This document shows, piece by piece, positions 15,325 through 26,942 of a DNA stretch of 64,000 bases. Positions within the stretch are counted from its first letter, which is position 1. The number at the start of each line of letters is the position of its first letter. Source of the DNA: Lama guanicoe (taxonomy: Eukaryota); assembly GCA_013239625.1 (NCBI GenBank), contig MU053557.1, positions 4,060,123 through 4,124,122 of the forward strand, read 5' to 3'. The translations under genes were made by a program, and so were the position numbers. A model generated the notes under the pieces. That model made no database searches. It was not told the origin of the DNA and saw only the letters and a list, made by a program, of their open reading frames with translations.

Positions 15325-15533
15325 GGCCCCACTGCCTCGCGCCTCTCTGGTCACGCTGAGGGTCAGGAGAGATGCCGGGGTGTCCTGTTCACGCAGACAA
15401 GAATGGGAATGAATGGCTTAGTTGTCAGCCACGTCCTCAATCAGCAGCTTGATCCCAGGGATTCTGGGTCTTTCTGTATGGGCAGTTTCTCGAGTTCCTG
15501 GTGATGTCCACTGTGCAGAACTGTGTACCTAGG
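15325..15533 (-). other. HTR4: Local duplicate of HTR4 exon a plus proximal 3'UTR (a'); potential tail [R]YTVLHSGHHQELEKLPIQKDPESLGSSC* at 15441-15528
   Basis: Ungapped manual alignment to 17188-17396: 13 mismatches in 209 bp, offset 1863. Confidence 0.93.
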
Positions 15534-15543
15534 TGACTTCGAT

Positions 15544-15634
15544 GAGGTGACCCACTAGCCTAGTTTGTCTTAGGACTGAGGGGTCTCCTGGGATGTGTGG
15601 CTTTTGGTGCTAAAACCAGGGTGTTGGCCCCCTA
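15544..15634 (-). mobile_element. MER81-like hAT-Blackjack MITE, internally deleted
   Basis: aggtgaccc...ggactgaggggtctcctgggatgtg...gtgctaaaacc...gttggcccccta resembles the MER81 consensus with both TIR remnants. Confidence 0.7.
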
Positions 15635-16416
15635 GTCCTATGTGGAGTCTGACTATCCCTCTCACCACATTTGGGAACAGAGAGAAGAGGGAAGGATATT
15701 GGGTTCTTCCCTCATGGATGAAACGGGTGATACGGAGGCAACAGTGGCTTCTGAGATCATACAGGAGTGAAGACAGGGCCAAGAGACCAAGTAGAAGGAC
15801 AAGGAAAACTGATGAGGTTAGACACTCCTGGGGCATCTTTATCTTGTAGTGCATGTTACATACGCACCAACCAGCCCCCAGGTTGCCTGTTCTCTAAGCT
15901 TCCCTATAAGGACCAGCAACCAGCTCTCTCAGTTAGGGTTTTTATCAGCAGCAAAAAGAAAGGCAACTGAAAAACCTCAGAGTCTCAACCAGAGGAGATA
16001 ACTCACCCCAACATAAAGTCATACGGTGGTAGCTTTGACATCTGGGGAGCATCTCCTTAGGAGCTTGGAGGAAGTGAGATACTGGAAAAAAATATAGGAA
16101 AATGGTAGCCCAGGAGCTTCACAGGAAGGAGGCCAATGAAGTTTCCCAGTAAAGTAAGATGGTCTGTGAGTATGTGTTTGCCCAAAGGAGTAAATTTCCC
16201 TGCTTAAGACCAGGCACTGCTTCAGCACGGGGCCTTTAAAGCCTCTAAAAAGTGTCTTATAGGAGCAACTAAGTTTACCTCCCAAAATCTGAGTGGTAGG
16301 ACTATTCTCAGTAAAGGTGTAGGTCCTTTTCCCACTGTCATGGAAGGGGAATTAATCAAGACTTATTTCAAATGACCTCACAGCCAGGATGCCAATGAGA
16401 AAATGCCATCTTTAAA

Positions 16417-16508
16417 CACACACACACACACATACACACACACACACACACACACAGACACACACACAGACACATACACACACACACATACACAGACACA
16501 CACACACA
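16417..16508. repeat. Imperfect (CA)n microsatellite between exon a and its duplicate
   Basis: Seen directly. Confidence 0.95.
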
Positions 16509-16779
16509 CCCCCCAGACCGGCTATAAAGATGCCTTTTGGCAATGGATCCAAAATCAAGACCTAAGCAGACCCAGACTTTCTAAAGGTCATCCCCAGGAG
16601 AAAAAGAAAAGAAAAATGTTCATGTCTATAAATCAAAAACTGTTGATGCTTCACTTATAATTCAGTGTTTCTGGACAGATATCCTGGCACTGATAGCAAT
16701 CTAACTTCATTGAAAGAGCCTTGATTAATTCACCCACCAATGCATGTCCAGAAAAGATGGCCAGAATGGAGAGGAAACT

Positions 16780-17130
16780 GGAGCTGTTGAGTTCAGAGAG
16801 AAGACTTAAAAGGGTAGGTAGGTGAGTGGAAGATCACTGTCTTCCAATATTTAAGAGTTCTCAGTGGAAGAATGGGCCAACTGCTTGGCCCCAGATAGAA
16901 AATGGAGCAGAGAGAAGTTTGTGTTCCAACAAAGGAAAGAGCTTCCTTACAACTAAAGCTTCTCCACATCAGAAGGAACTGCATTGGGAGATGGTGCACC
17001 CTGTCTCTGGAGGTGTACACGCAGAGACTGACTAGCTTCCAGGGATGCGATGGAGGAAGCTGCTCCTGCATTGAGTGGGAGCCTGGATCTGATGTTGTCT
17101 GAAGTCCCTTCTCAACTCTGAGATTCTGCA
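16780..17130 (+). mobile_element. L3/CR1 LINE 3' fragment
   Basis: agaagactta...ctgtcttccaatattt...ctggaggtgtac...gtcccttctcaactctgagattctg (CR1/MIR3-type 3' end). Confidence 0.65.
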
Positions 17131-17303
17131 TGCACTGGCCTTGGGTCCTGTCCAACCCTGTCATCCAGGTACCTTCCCTGGGTTCTCGGCCCCACTGCCT
17201 CGTGCCTCTCTGGTGGTGATGAGGGTCAGGAGACATGCCGGGGTGTCCTGTTCATGCAGACATGAATGGGAATGAATGGCTTAGTTGTCAGCCACGTCCT
17301 CAA

Positions 17304-17391
17304 TCAGAAGCATGATTCCAGGGATTCTGGGTCATTCTGTATGGGCAGTTTCTCGAGTTCCTGGTGATGTCCACTGTGCAGAACTGTGTAT
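17304..17391 (-). CDS. HTR4: HTR4 terminal exon a ([R]YTVLHSGHHQELEKLPIQNDPESLESCF*)
   Basis: ctttctttcctccctag|A TAC ACA GTT...TGC TTC TGA; matches the 5-HT4(a) tail. Confidence 0.96.
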
Positions 17392-18524
17392 CTAGGGAGG
17401 AAAGAAAGACAGTTTGAGAATTTGACAGGCATCCTTCAAATGCATCAAAGAGACCACTCCCACCACTCCCGACTTCTTTTGGGCTGCAAGCTTCTGGGAG
17501 CATGGCGAGGTGGCGCTGGGCATGGGTGGCACTTCATCAACAGGACAGCCCAAAGAATGGCACCTGAACTGCTCATTTTAAAGGTGAGGAACTGAAAGCC
17601 TGAAGGAAAGGACAGGACCAGGGGTAAAGAAATAGTAAGGGGCAGACCTAGGACTGGAACACACACTTCTTTCCCTGCAACAAAGCCTGGGGCTCTTGTG
17701 CTGCTCATCAAAATGGACCCTATGTACCACCTCAAGCTGTATCTAAATATGCTAAGTTCCCTGCCAGGGATGGTTCTGGGTTCAGCAATATCAGTGTGCT
17801 AACTGAGATCAGTAAACCACTCAGAGCCTGAAAGACAGTGTAGCTACATTTGTTAGTTGCATTCCCTTTGATGACATTTGGAACAATAAATCAATTAGAT
17901 GAATCTGAAGCAAGTCGACTCTAAGCATCAGAGTGAAACTTACTACTTGACAAGTGTTTATTATTTTTCTGCAGTATCCCACAGTTGCGCTCAATACGTT
18001 AATTGCATTTAAATCAATCTCAATTGCAAGTGGCTCTTGTCAGTAACTCAGTTTCCAGCATCTGGCAGTTATTCTCATGACATTTCTGCAGAGTTTAGGA
18101 GCACTATTACCTCTCATACCTGAGGCGAGCATCAAGCCCATTCAGTAAAACAAATAAACAAACACATACCAGTTACTTGGTACCATACGTTGACAACCAA
18201 CTTGGTGGTTTTTCAAGAATTATGAGAATGCTTTCTTCAAATCATAATAATTTATTGCTTACCTATGTTGACTGGTTGGTGTGTACCAGGTACTGGACTA
18301 AACCCTCTCCATGCATTACCTTATTTAGTCTGCACAACAGCCCCATGAGGTAGTCTTATATTCATTTTTCATTTGTGTAAAATGACACATAGCTTCAGTG
18401 ACTTGCTCAAAGGAGAACAGGTAATACATGAAGATACAGTAAGTCAAACCCAATCTATCTGATGCCAACACCCATGTGCTTAAGGGGTTTGCACACAGCC
18501 TCTGGACCACGTATAACTTTAGAA

Positions 18525-18704
18525 CAGTGGGTCTCAACAGACAATTCGGAGGTATTTTGGTTGTCATAGTAGGGCTATGCAGCTGGCATCTAGTGGGTAG
18601 AGACGAAGGATGCTGCTAAACATTGTTTAATGCACAGCACAGACTCCCACATCAAAGAATTATCTGGCCCAAAATGTCCACGGTGCCAAGACTGAGAAAC
18701 CCTG
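18525..18704 (+). mobile_element. MER20-like hAT-Charlie MITE
   Basis: cagtgggtctcaac...ctggcatctagtgggtagag...gatgctgctaaacat...tgagaaaccctg. Confidence 0.85.
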
Positions 18705-21700
18705 ATCTAGGATAAAAAATCCTCCTGGCTGGCTAGAAGCAGGTGTCAGCTGAGGAACACAGACCAAGCAAAGGGCATGAGTCTGCCTTCTCACAGAACT
18801 GTCCACCGAAGGTGCTGCTGAGATGGAGCCGAGCAGAGGGGATAGGACTTGAAGAACCATGAGCACCTGCTGGTGAGTGCTGAGGAGAAGAAAGTGGGAA
18901 GTGGTATAGGAAGGGTCGGATCACACAGCCTTCATGAGGGGGCTGGGGAAGGTCCTGGTGAGACATGTGAATAAAGGCCTCAGGGAGGTCAGCATCCCAG
19001 CTGTTTTCACTTGGCCCTAGAGGCAGCAGGTGCTCTCTGCGGTTGCTACCTCCATGATACCTTAGAATGTTCTTCTATTCCTTTTCAGTAGTTAACAATG
19101 ATGTGCCTAGTTAACAATCTTTCAGATTAAAATATTATTGAAACAGCTGGTGTAGTTTCTGCCTTCTGACTGAGCCCTATGAGATGTAACGAAGAAGGGA
19201 GCCATATGCATATCTGGGAGAAGAATGTTCTAGGTAGAGAGAAAAAGTGCAAAGGTCCTGAGGCTAGATCCTGTCTGGAATGTCTGAAGGAAAGCACGGA
19301 TGCTGGGGACCGAGGCAGAAGGAATGAGGGAGGAGTGGAAGGAGTTGAGAGCTAAGTCGAGTGAGTTAGCTGGGGCCAGAGTGGAGGGGTGAAGGGGGCA
19401 AGGCATGCAGATCCCTGTAAGGCTCTGACTGACTACACGTGAGGGGATCACGGAGGGGCCTGAGCAGTGCCCTGCCGTGATCTGAGTGACCTCTTAGCAG
19501 GCTCTCTCTGGCTGCCCTACTGAGAGCAGGTGGAATGGAGGTGGGGTGTGCACAGGGAGAACGGCTAGGAAGTTGCAGCCACAATCCAGGTGAAAGAGTA
19601 GTTTGCTGTTTCACTTCGTCCCAGCAGGTTTAGACTTCACAACTGTTCTCTGCATTTCCCCTGCCTTGTCTCACCAACTCGAGGCTGTGTGAAGCAACAA
19701 CAGTGACCTAAACCACGACTTGAGTGAGACAGACCTAGTCCCCAGACCATTCACCAGCTCCGTGGTATTTCACAAGTCATTTAATCTCTCTATGCCTCAC
19801 TTTCCTCCAGTGTAACGGAGAGTGACAATACCTAATTCACAGTATTGGTGTGTGGACCAAGTAACATCAAGTACGGAAAACACTATCACAGCATCTGCAA
19901 AGACCAGAATCTCAAAATATTGCAACGAAAATTATTCTATTTTCTTCTTTTCCTCAATACCTCATTTAGTTATGAGTACATGATAATGACGGTAATAATA
20001 TAAGCACAGCAGTTTACTGTTTAAAAATATTTTCCTCCTTTATTTCCTTTCTAGGTAAAACCTGAAAGAACCCAAGATGAGAGGGCCCCCAGAGCTTGCC
20101 TTCTCCCTTATCAGAATCACAAGCCCTCTTTCGGCAAGCATGCATACTAAAGCAGCACTAATTGATTTCCCCATCCTTGACATTACTTATAAGTAGCTCT
20201 GCAGGCCAGGAAAAGTAAGTGATAAGACCAATATCAAATGGAGGAGGAAAGTGAGGCTCAGAGCAGCTGCCTGAGCACTGAGCCTCACGGTGAGTGAGTG
20301 GCAGAGCCTGGCAGGACCACAGCCAGACTCCCACCCACGGCTCTTACTCCTAAGCCATATTGCTTAATGACTTAAATACAAGTCTTCAAAACAGAACTCA
20401 GAACTGTGAAATAGGGATGTGCTCCAGTATCTGAAGTGCAGGGATATCTCTGAAGTGGATGCTTGTGCAGGAGAAACTATTACTACTAATAATAAGAAAT
20501 CATACACAGATCATTTTATTGAGGAATGAGGATATTTGCCAGGCACGCCTTTTAGTAATGACATACATGATTTCACTTACATCATTTACTTTCACAACCC
20601 AAAGTGGGAGCTACTATGCTGAGAACTACCTTACAGACAAGAAAATTGAAGCTCAGAGAAGTCAAGCAATTTATGTAAGGTCACAGTGTCCACGATGCCC
20701 ACACTTTGAACCTCCAGACAGACTCCTGTACCTTTGCCCTGCTCATGGCCACTTTCACGGGCAATCAGTGGCACCTTCTCTCATACCAAGTCCACATGAA
20801 GAGGGTGTCCTGGTTGAGGGACATTTTTTACATTTCTGATCACATAAGAAGACACACGACTATGGAGTCAGGCACACCTCTCCAGCAGCCTTTAACACAT
20901 CTCTCCTGAGTACTCCTCATGTGCCAATGGGTGAGCTGTTTGGGAATAAAAAGTGGAGGCTCCCTTTATCCAGAGTGCAGTGGAAAGGCAGCAGCTCTCA
21001 TTAGAGATGGGAGTAAGCAGACGGGCATGTTTTCAGCTACAACTTTGGTGGGTGACGCAGAAGGTAGGAACCAGTCTGAGATTTCCTTGGCAGGGCTCTG
21101 GTAGAGGACAGCGTGTCTCACATTGAGTCTGGCCTGCAGAGGTTTTCCCCAAATCTCATGAGATATACTTTTAATTTGGTAATTTCACTTTGATAGTAAA
21201 TAAACAATCTGAGCAGATTTGGGATGATTTAGCAGCCCCCTTATGAACTCAAACTGCCTTGTGAATTCAGGGCTCGAATTGCATTCAGGCCTACCTGATG
21301 TTGCAGTGAAAGTGGCTGACTTTTTGCAGCGTTTCTCTAACAAGGGTGCATGAAAGTACTCAATACTGCAGGCAAACAGAACAGCATTCAGATCCTGACT
21401 CCACCATTTACTAGTTGCGCGACCTAACCAAGTAGATTAGTGCCACCTACCTCACAGCTTGGTCGTGATGTGATGATAAAATTAACATCTATAAAGAGCT
21501 TAGCAAAGGGCTGGACATGCAGTGGGTGCAGGAATTTTCACCCGGAAGAAAACCAAGGTGAAAAAAATGTGACTTTCCCAGGGTCAGAGAAGTAGCTGTG
21601 TATGGAATGGTTAAGAACATCGGCTTTTGAGCCAGAATGCCTGGGTTAAATCCTGCCTCTGGCACGTTCTAGCTCTGTGAATTATTCCAAACGTTCTGGG

Positions 21701-23178
21701 TGGTTGTGGGCCTTCAGTGAGATAACATACATAAAATGCTTATTAGAATCCTGCCAGCTGGCTAGTAAGCACTCCATAAATGTTTATTGGAACTGTTGCC
21801 ACTTGACAATAGAGGTAAGACGTGAACCCAGTACTTGACTGCTGACTCAGTGCAGAAATCCATTCTTTAATAATTGATCAAATATTTGTTCACTTAGCCA
21901 TTGACCATAGGGCTGAAAGAAACCTTCAAGATGGCTTTACAGATAAAGAAACAGCCCCAGAGAGGTGGAGGTGGGAGGCGGTCATCTGTTCGGAGTGGCA
22001 AAACCCTCCTGGCTCTGTTTGGTATAAGATCTCACTTGCAATCTTACAGCTGCGCTGGTGGAGAGCAGACTCTGGATGTGTGGGTGTACCTGGGCAGTTC
22101 CAAGTCCAGATGAAAAAACCCAACTGCTGTTTTCCAAGCAACAGCAAGGCAGGAGGCAACCCCCTTCAAGACTGGTTGCTTTTCTGCTTTGCATTAAGTT
22201 ACTCAAACATGATGGAAGCCCCATTTGCTCTGGTAATTACCTGAGTCAACAATTCATTCACTGAGCAATTAGCATCGCACTTAGAGCAGCCTAGATGCAG
22301 TAATTAGTTGTGTTATAATAGCCCCCTTTGCCTGCCCAGTTTAGGATTATAAGGAAATGATTAGACTTTATTACACATCACCCTGGCCCTCCCCCGCACG
22401 GCAGTGCTCACATGGGGGTGTTTGAAAGAAGATGTTTTAATTATTAAAATGCAAGGTGCATAGGTTTAGAGATTCAGCCCTAAGGCAGAGTTTTATGAAA
22501 GCCAGGGTCCCATCACCTGCAAACAAAGATCTCACATGGGGTGTTTCTTTGATATTCAGGGAGAAATGAGATTTTCAGATCCTAGGCATTTATTCATTCA
22601 GACACTTACTTATTTTAAAACATATTTTGAGTTTCTACCACTGTGTCATGCACTGGAGATAACAGGGTGGTGAGGAGAATCTACAGTCCCTCTCCTTGTG
22701 GAGTTCACAGTGGAGTGCAGGAGACCCAGTTAGATGCAAAAATCACAGCCATGAGAAGTGTCGGGAATGAGAGGATTTGGTGGTGCTATAAGAATGTGCC
22801 ACAGGAGATGTGGACAAGGTCAGTGTGTCAGAGTAGTGTGATGGAGGAAGTGACAGAGATGAGAACTGAAAGATGGGTAGGGATTAAACAGGCAAAGAGG
22901 AGGAAGATGTTGCCAAAAAGACCAGCAAACATGAAGGTCCACTGTCCTGGGGGCAGGTGGGCCCTGCAAGGGTAGAATAGGCGAGCAACAGCCTCAGATG
23001 ACGGTGAAGATGCAGAGGCTCACCATGCTAAGGGCCGAATGCTCATCCTAAGAGCAGTGGGAAGCTAGCCAAGGTAGTGAGCAGAGGACTTCACGTTTTG
23101 GAAGAACCTTCTCCCAGTGGTGTGTAGAAAATGGCAGAGGTGAGGATGGAGTGGGAGCCCAGAGGCAGATCAGGAGCT

Positions 23179-23648
23179 ATCTTAGCTTCCTAATGCTTCT
23201 ATAACAAACTACCACAAACTTTTAGCTTAAAAGAATGCAAATTTATTATCTCACAGTTCTGGAGGGCAGAAGTCCAAAATGGGCCTTAATGGCCTAAAAC
23301 CAAGGTGCTGGGCAGAGCTGCATTCTTTCCAGAGGCTCAAGGGAAGAGTCCATTCCTTGCCTTTTCCAGCTTCTAGAGACCGCCCACATTCCCTGGTTCC
23401 TGTCCTCATGACTCTGACCTCTGCTTCCATCATCACATCGTCTTCTCTGACTCTGACCCTCCCACCTCTTTATTACAAGGGTGTCTGTGATTGCAGTGGG
23501 CCCACCCAGATAATCCAGGATAATCTCCCCATGTCAATATGTGTAGCTTAATCACATCTACAAAGTCCCTTTTGCCGTCTAAAGTAAAACATTTGTAGAT
23601 TTGGGGGAGTAGGATGTAGGCCTCTTTGGACATTATTTTTCCTGTCAC
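23179..23648 (-). mobile_element. MLT1C/D-like MaLR solo LTR inserted in L2 fragments
   Basis: taacaaactaccacaaact...tttattatctcacagttctggagg...gggcccacccagataatccaggataatctccc. Confidence 0.8.
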
Positions 23649-26552
23649 GGGTAATTTTCAAGGTGTCCAGAGATGCTGGTGACTCAGATGTACGGTGGTA
23701 GCAGTGGAGGTGTTGAGAACTAGTCAGATTCAGGATATATCTTGAAGGCAGAGCCGACGGGACCTGCTGATGCACTGGGCATGGGGGCAACGAGTGCATT
23801 CAAGGCACAGCATGGGCGAGGAAAGGTGCAGAGGCAGGAAAGAGCATGGAGTGACACGCTTTGTTCAAGGAATGATGAATACTCTGTGGGTATATCCTAC
23901 GTGGTGGGGCTGAGGGTGCTGGGAGATGAGGCTTAAAGGAGGTGGAGGCAGCATTACTGAAGGTCTTAAAAGCCAGGCTAAAGAGGATGGGCTGAATCTT
24001 TAGGTAGTGGAGAGTGAAGCGGACACTGGCTGCTCTGTGGGGAATAGGTGGGATGACTGGGACACTGAGACCAGCATGGAGGCTCGTTCCTCGGGAAGGA
24101 AAAGGCCATAAGCCAAAGTGGTAGCAGTGGGTACGAGGAGAGAGCAGGACCTTGCAGACAGTGATGGGCAGGACACCATCACTGATTCCGTGTGGGGACC
24201 AACAGAGAAGGGCGTCCAAGTGAGTCCGAGTTTAGCCTGGAGACCTAAGTGGATGCTGATGCCATGAATGAGGGAGCCCCCAGCCCTCCTGAGACTTTTC
24301 TTCTCCAGGAGAAACACTTCCAGTCCTTCAGTATTCCTCATAGAACAGGGTTCCTAGCCTCCCTCGGGTCTTTGGTTGTTCCACTCTGGGCTAGCTTATT
24401 TTTGTCACTGGAAAACAGATCCCTGGTTAAGGGTGAAGGGATCCTGGCCTCAGGTCCTCTCTTTATCAGCAGAGACAGGCTCAAAATCCACCCCTATGAC
24501 CTAGCTATTTGTTTTTACACAGGTATTTATAACTAGTCCAAAATAGGGAATGTTTCCTTTAAGTGTGTTCCTTTCTTGGTCACCTCACCCCATGCCATCA
24601 TGGGCTCAACAATCTCCTAAATGTGCCTCTTCACTGTGGGACATATCCGTGGCAGAGCTCTCCAGCTCTGTCTCCCATAATCTAAGGGATGGTCCCCACC
24701 CCTGCAGGGGGCTCTATCTCCTGGCCATGGCAAAGTCCAAAGGCAGAGCACTCTGCTTCTATCTCCAGGAAATATGTGTCTGGGGAGCTGGAGGTACTAC
24801 CAAGGTCTTAATGCATGACTGGGGGAGCCAGGTTTGACCCATGTGTTCACAGAAGCAGAGACAATGGTCCAGAAAGAGAAAAAATAAAGTTGACACACAA
24901 TGAGTAACAGACAAGAGAAGAGAAAGCTAATCCCTGGGAGCACCCCTCTTCCTTATTTGTCACCTTGAAGGCCAGTAACTTCCTCCTCTGGGGATCCATG
25001 AGCTATTTTTGTATCTTTTCAATAAATCTCCTTTTGTTTTTCTTTAGGAAGCATGAACAGACTTATAGCCTATGGTTAGACATTGTGAATTATATACTTC
25101 AAAGCATGTGCCTGCACTCTCTTCTTTCTTTGCAGCAGGGCCTGACTCTTAGTAGACGCAGAAACACCAGAAGTATTACAACTAAGGGTTTGGCCTGTGA
25201 TCTTCTGACTGACAGAGCTTGAAGGTCTGCTAGGGGTATCTGCTGGAAAATGTTTTTCTCCTCAACAAAAGACAAGTATGAGAAGAGTCTGCCTTATCTT
25301 CCAGCCTTTGGTTATGGTTATGTGAGTGGGATGCAAAGCTTGGAGCTATTGCAGCTAGTTTGTGACCACAAGAGCATTATCCAGGATGAAAACTAACAGG
25401 CTGAAAAGAACAGATGGAAAGCATCTGGGTCCTTCACAATGTTGTGGAATCACTGAATTAACCAATCCTAAAACTACTAAACTCTGGGCTTCCTGTCTTG
25501 TAAATGGACAAATGACCTTATTTTTAAAGTTAATTTTAGTTAGCATTCTAGTGCTTCTAGGTCAAAGTGTCCAAAGATGACATAATGCCCACAATCCCTG
25601 ACTTCCATGTTCACAATGACTTCCTGCATTCTGCCACATCCAAATCCCATGCACCCTTTAAGACCCAGTTCAATGTCACCTCCTTCCAGAAGCCTTCAGT
25701 ACCATCCCTCAGCATTTACTGTCTACAGGAACACAAATTATCACAAATGTTAGATGTCTGAACATATGTCTGCCCTCCTGACACCCCTGGAAGGCAGAGT
25801 CTATATCTTATTATTATAAGAAGTAAACATTTTTTAGCCCTCTGTACCAGACCCTGCACTAAGTACTTTTAAAATATGATTGCATTTAATGCTAACAATG
25901 AGTCTGTGATGTCTGAGCTGTTATTTTATATACCTCCATTTCACAGATGAGGAAACTGAAACTCAGAGAGGTTAAGATTTGCCAGAGGTCACTCAGCTAG
26001 CAAAGGCAAAGCCAGGATTCAAACCCAGGCATGCTAGAATCCCAAGCCCTTTTCACTGTTAGTACTTTTTCTTCTTAATACTTGCTATATAGCTCACAAC
26101 ACCACACATAGAGTGCAGAATGTCACAGTATCTATAGAAATATTTACTGAATGGATTACAGAACGAGACAATCCTCTCCCACATTGCCTAGCATTTATGT
26201 TGATTACAAAGAACGTTGGCATTGATCTTCACGGCAGCCCCGAGTGTTGCACTACTCGGATTATTTCTGCATTTGTGATGCCGCTTTCCATTCTTTATGT
26301 TCAACGTCATACCTTCTGGGGGATGGGGTGGGAGGAGGTGCCTCCCCCTGTCACACTTCCCTCTTTTGGAAAAAGCCCTGCCATATGTATTTCTGGCTTT
26401 CAGTCTCTTCATGGGAAGGAGACTGAGAAAGCCATCATGGCACAAAAGTCACATCATGGGCTGGGGTCACTCCTACAGAAACTCCCTGGCAAAGAAGCTG
26501 GAAGTCTGACGATGAAAAAGGAATATTCTTCAGCTGGTATAGGATAGGAAGT

Positions 26553-26942
26553 TGTGATAAACTGAATGTTTTTATCCCTCCCCCAAATTCATATGCTAAA
26601 GCCCCAATATGATGGTATTTGCAGATGGGGCCTTTGGGAGGTAGTTAGGTTTAGATGCGGTCATGAGGGTGACGCATCCATGACGGGTTGAGTGCCCTTG
26701 TAAGAAGAGAAAGAAAGAACTGAGTTCCTCCGTCCTCCAACACACACACCCTCTTCTCTGCCACGTAAGGACAGTGACAAGGTGTCTGTATGCAAATGGG
26801 AGGCAGGTTCTCATGGGGAACCAAAGTTGCTGCCACCTCAATCTTGGATTTCCCAGCCTATAAACCTGTGAGAAATAAATCTCTTTGTGTAAGCCACCCA
26901 GTCTATGGTATTGTGTTACAGCAGTCTGAGCCGACTAGAACA
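26553..26942 (+). mobile_element. MLT1A-like MaLR solo LTR
   Basis: ctgaatgttt...aaattcatatg...ggcctttgggaggt...tgtgagaaataaat...aagccacccagtctatggtatt. Confidence 0.8.

Noticed and set aside
15325..15533. Processed pseudogene or uncollapsed haplotype as the explanation for the exon a copy
   Set aside because: It retains the intronic cctag, has no poly(A), TSD or upstream exon, is about 6% diverged and has unrelated flanks; too short and divergent for an allelic mis-assembly, though long reads should confirm.
17900..21900. Many MIR and L2 fragments here and throughout the window
   Set aside because: Recognisable by motifs such as gaaactgaggctcagaga but too decayed for reliable boundaries; ordinary.
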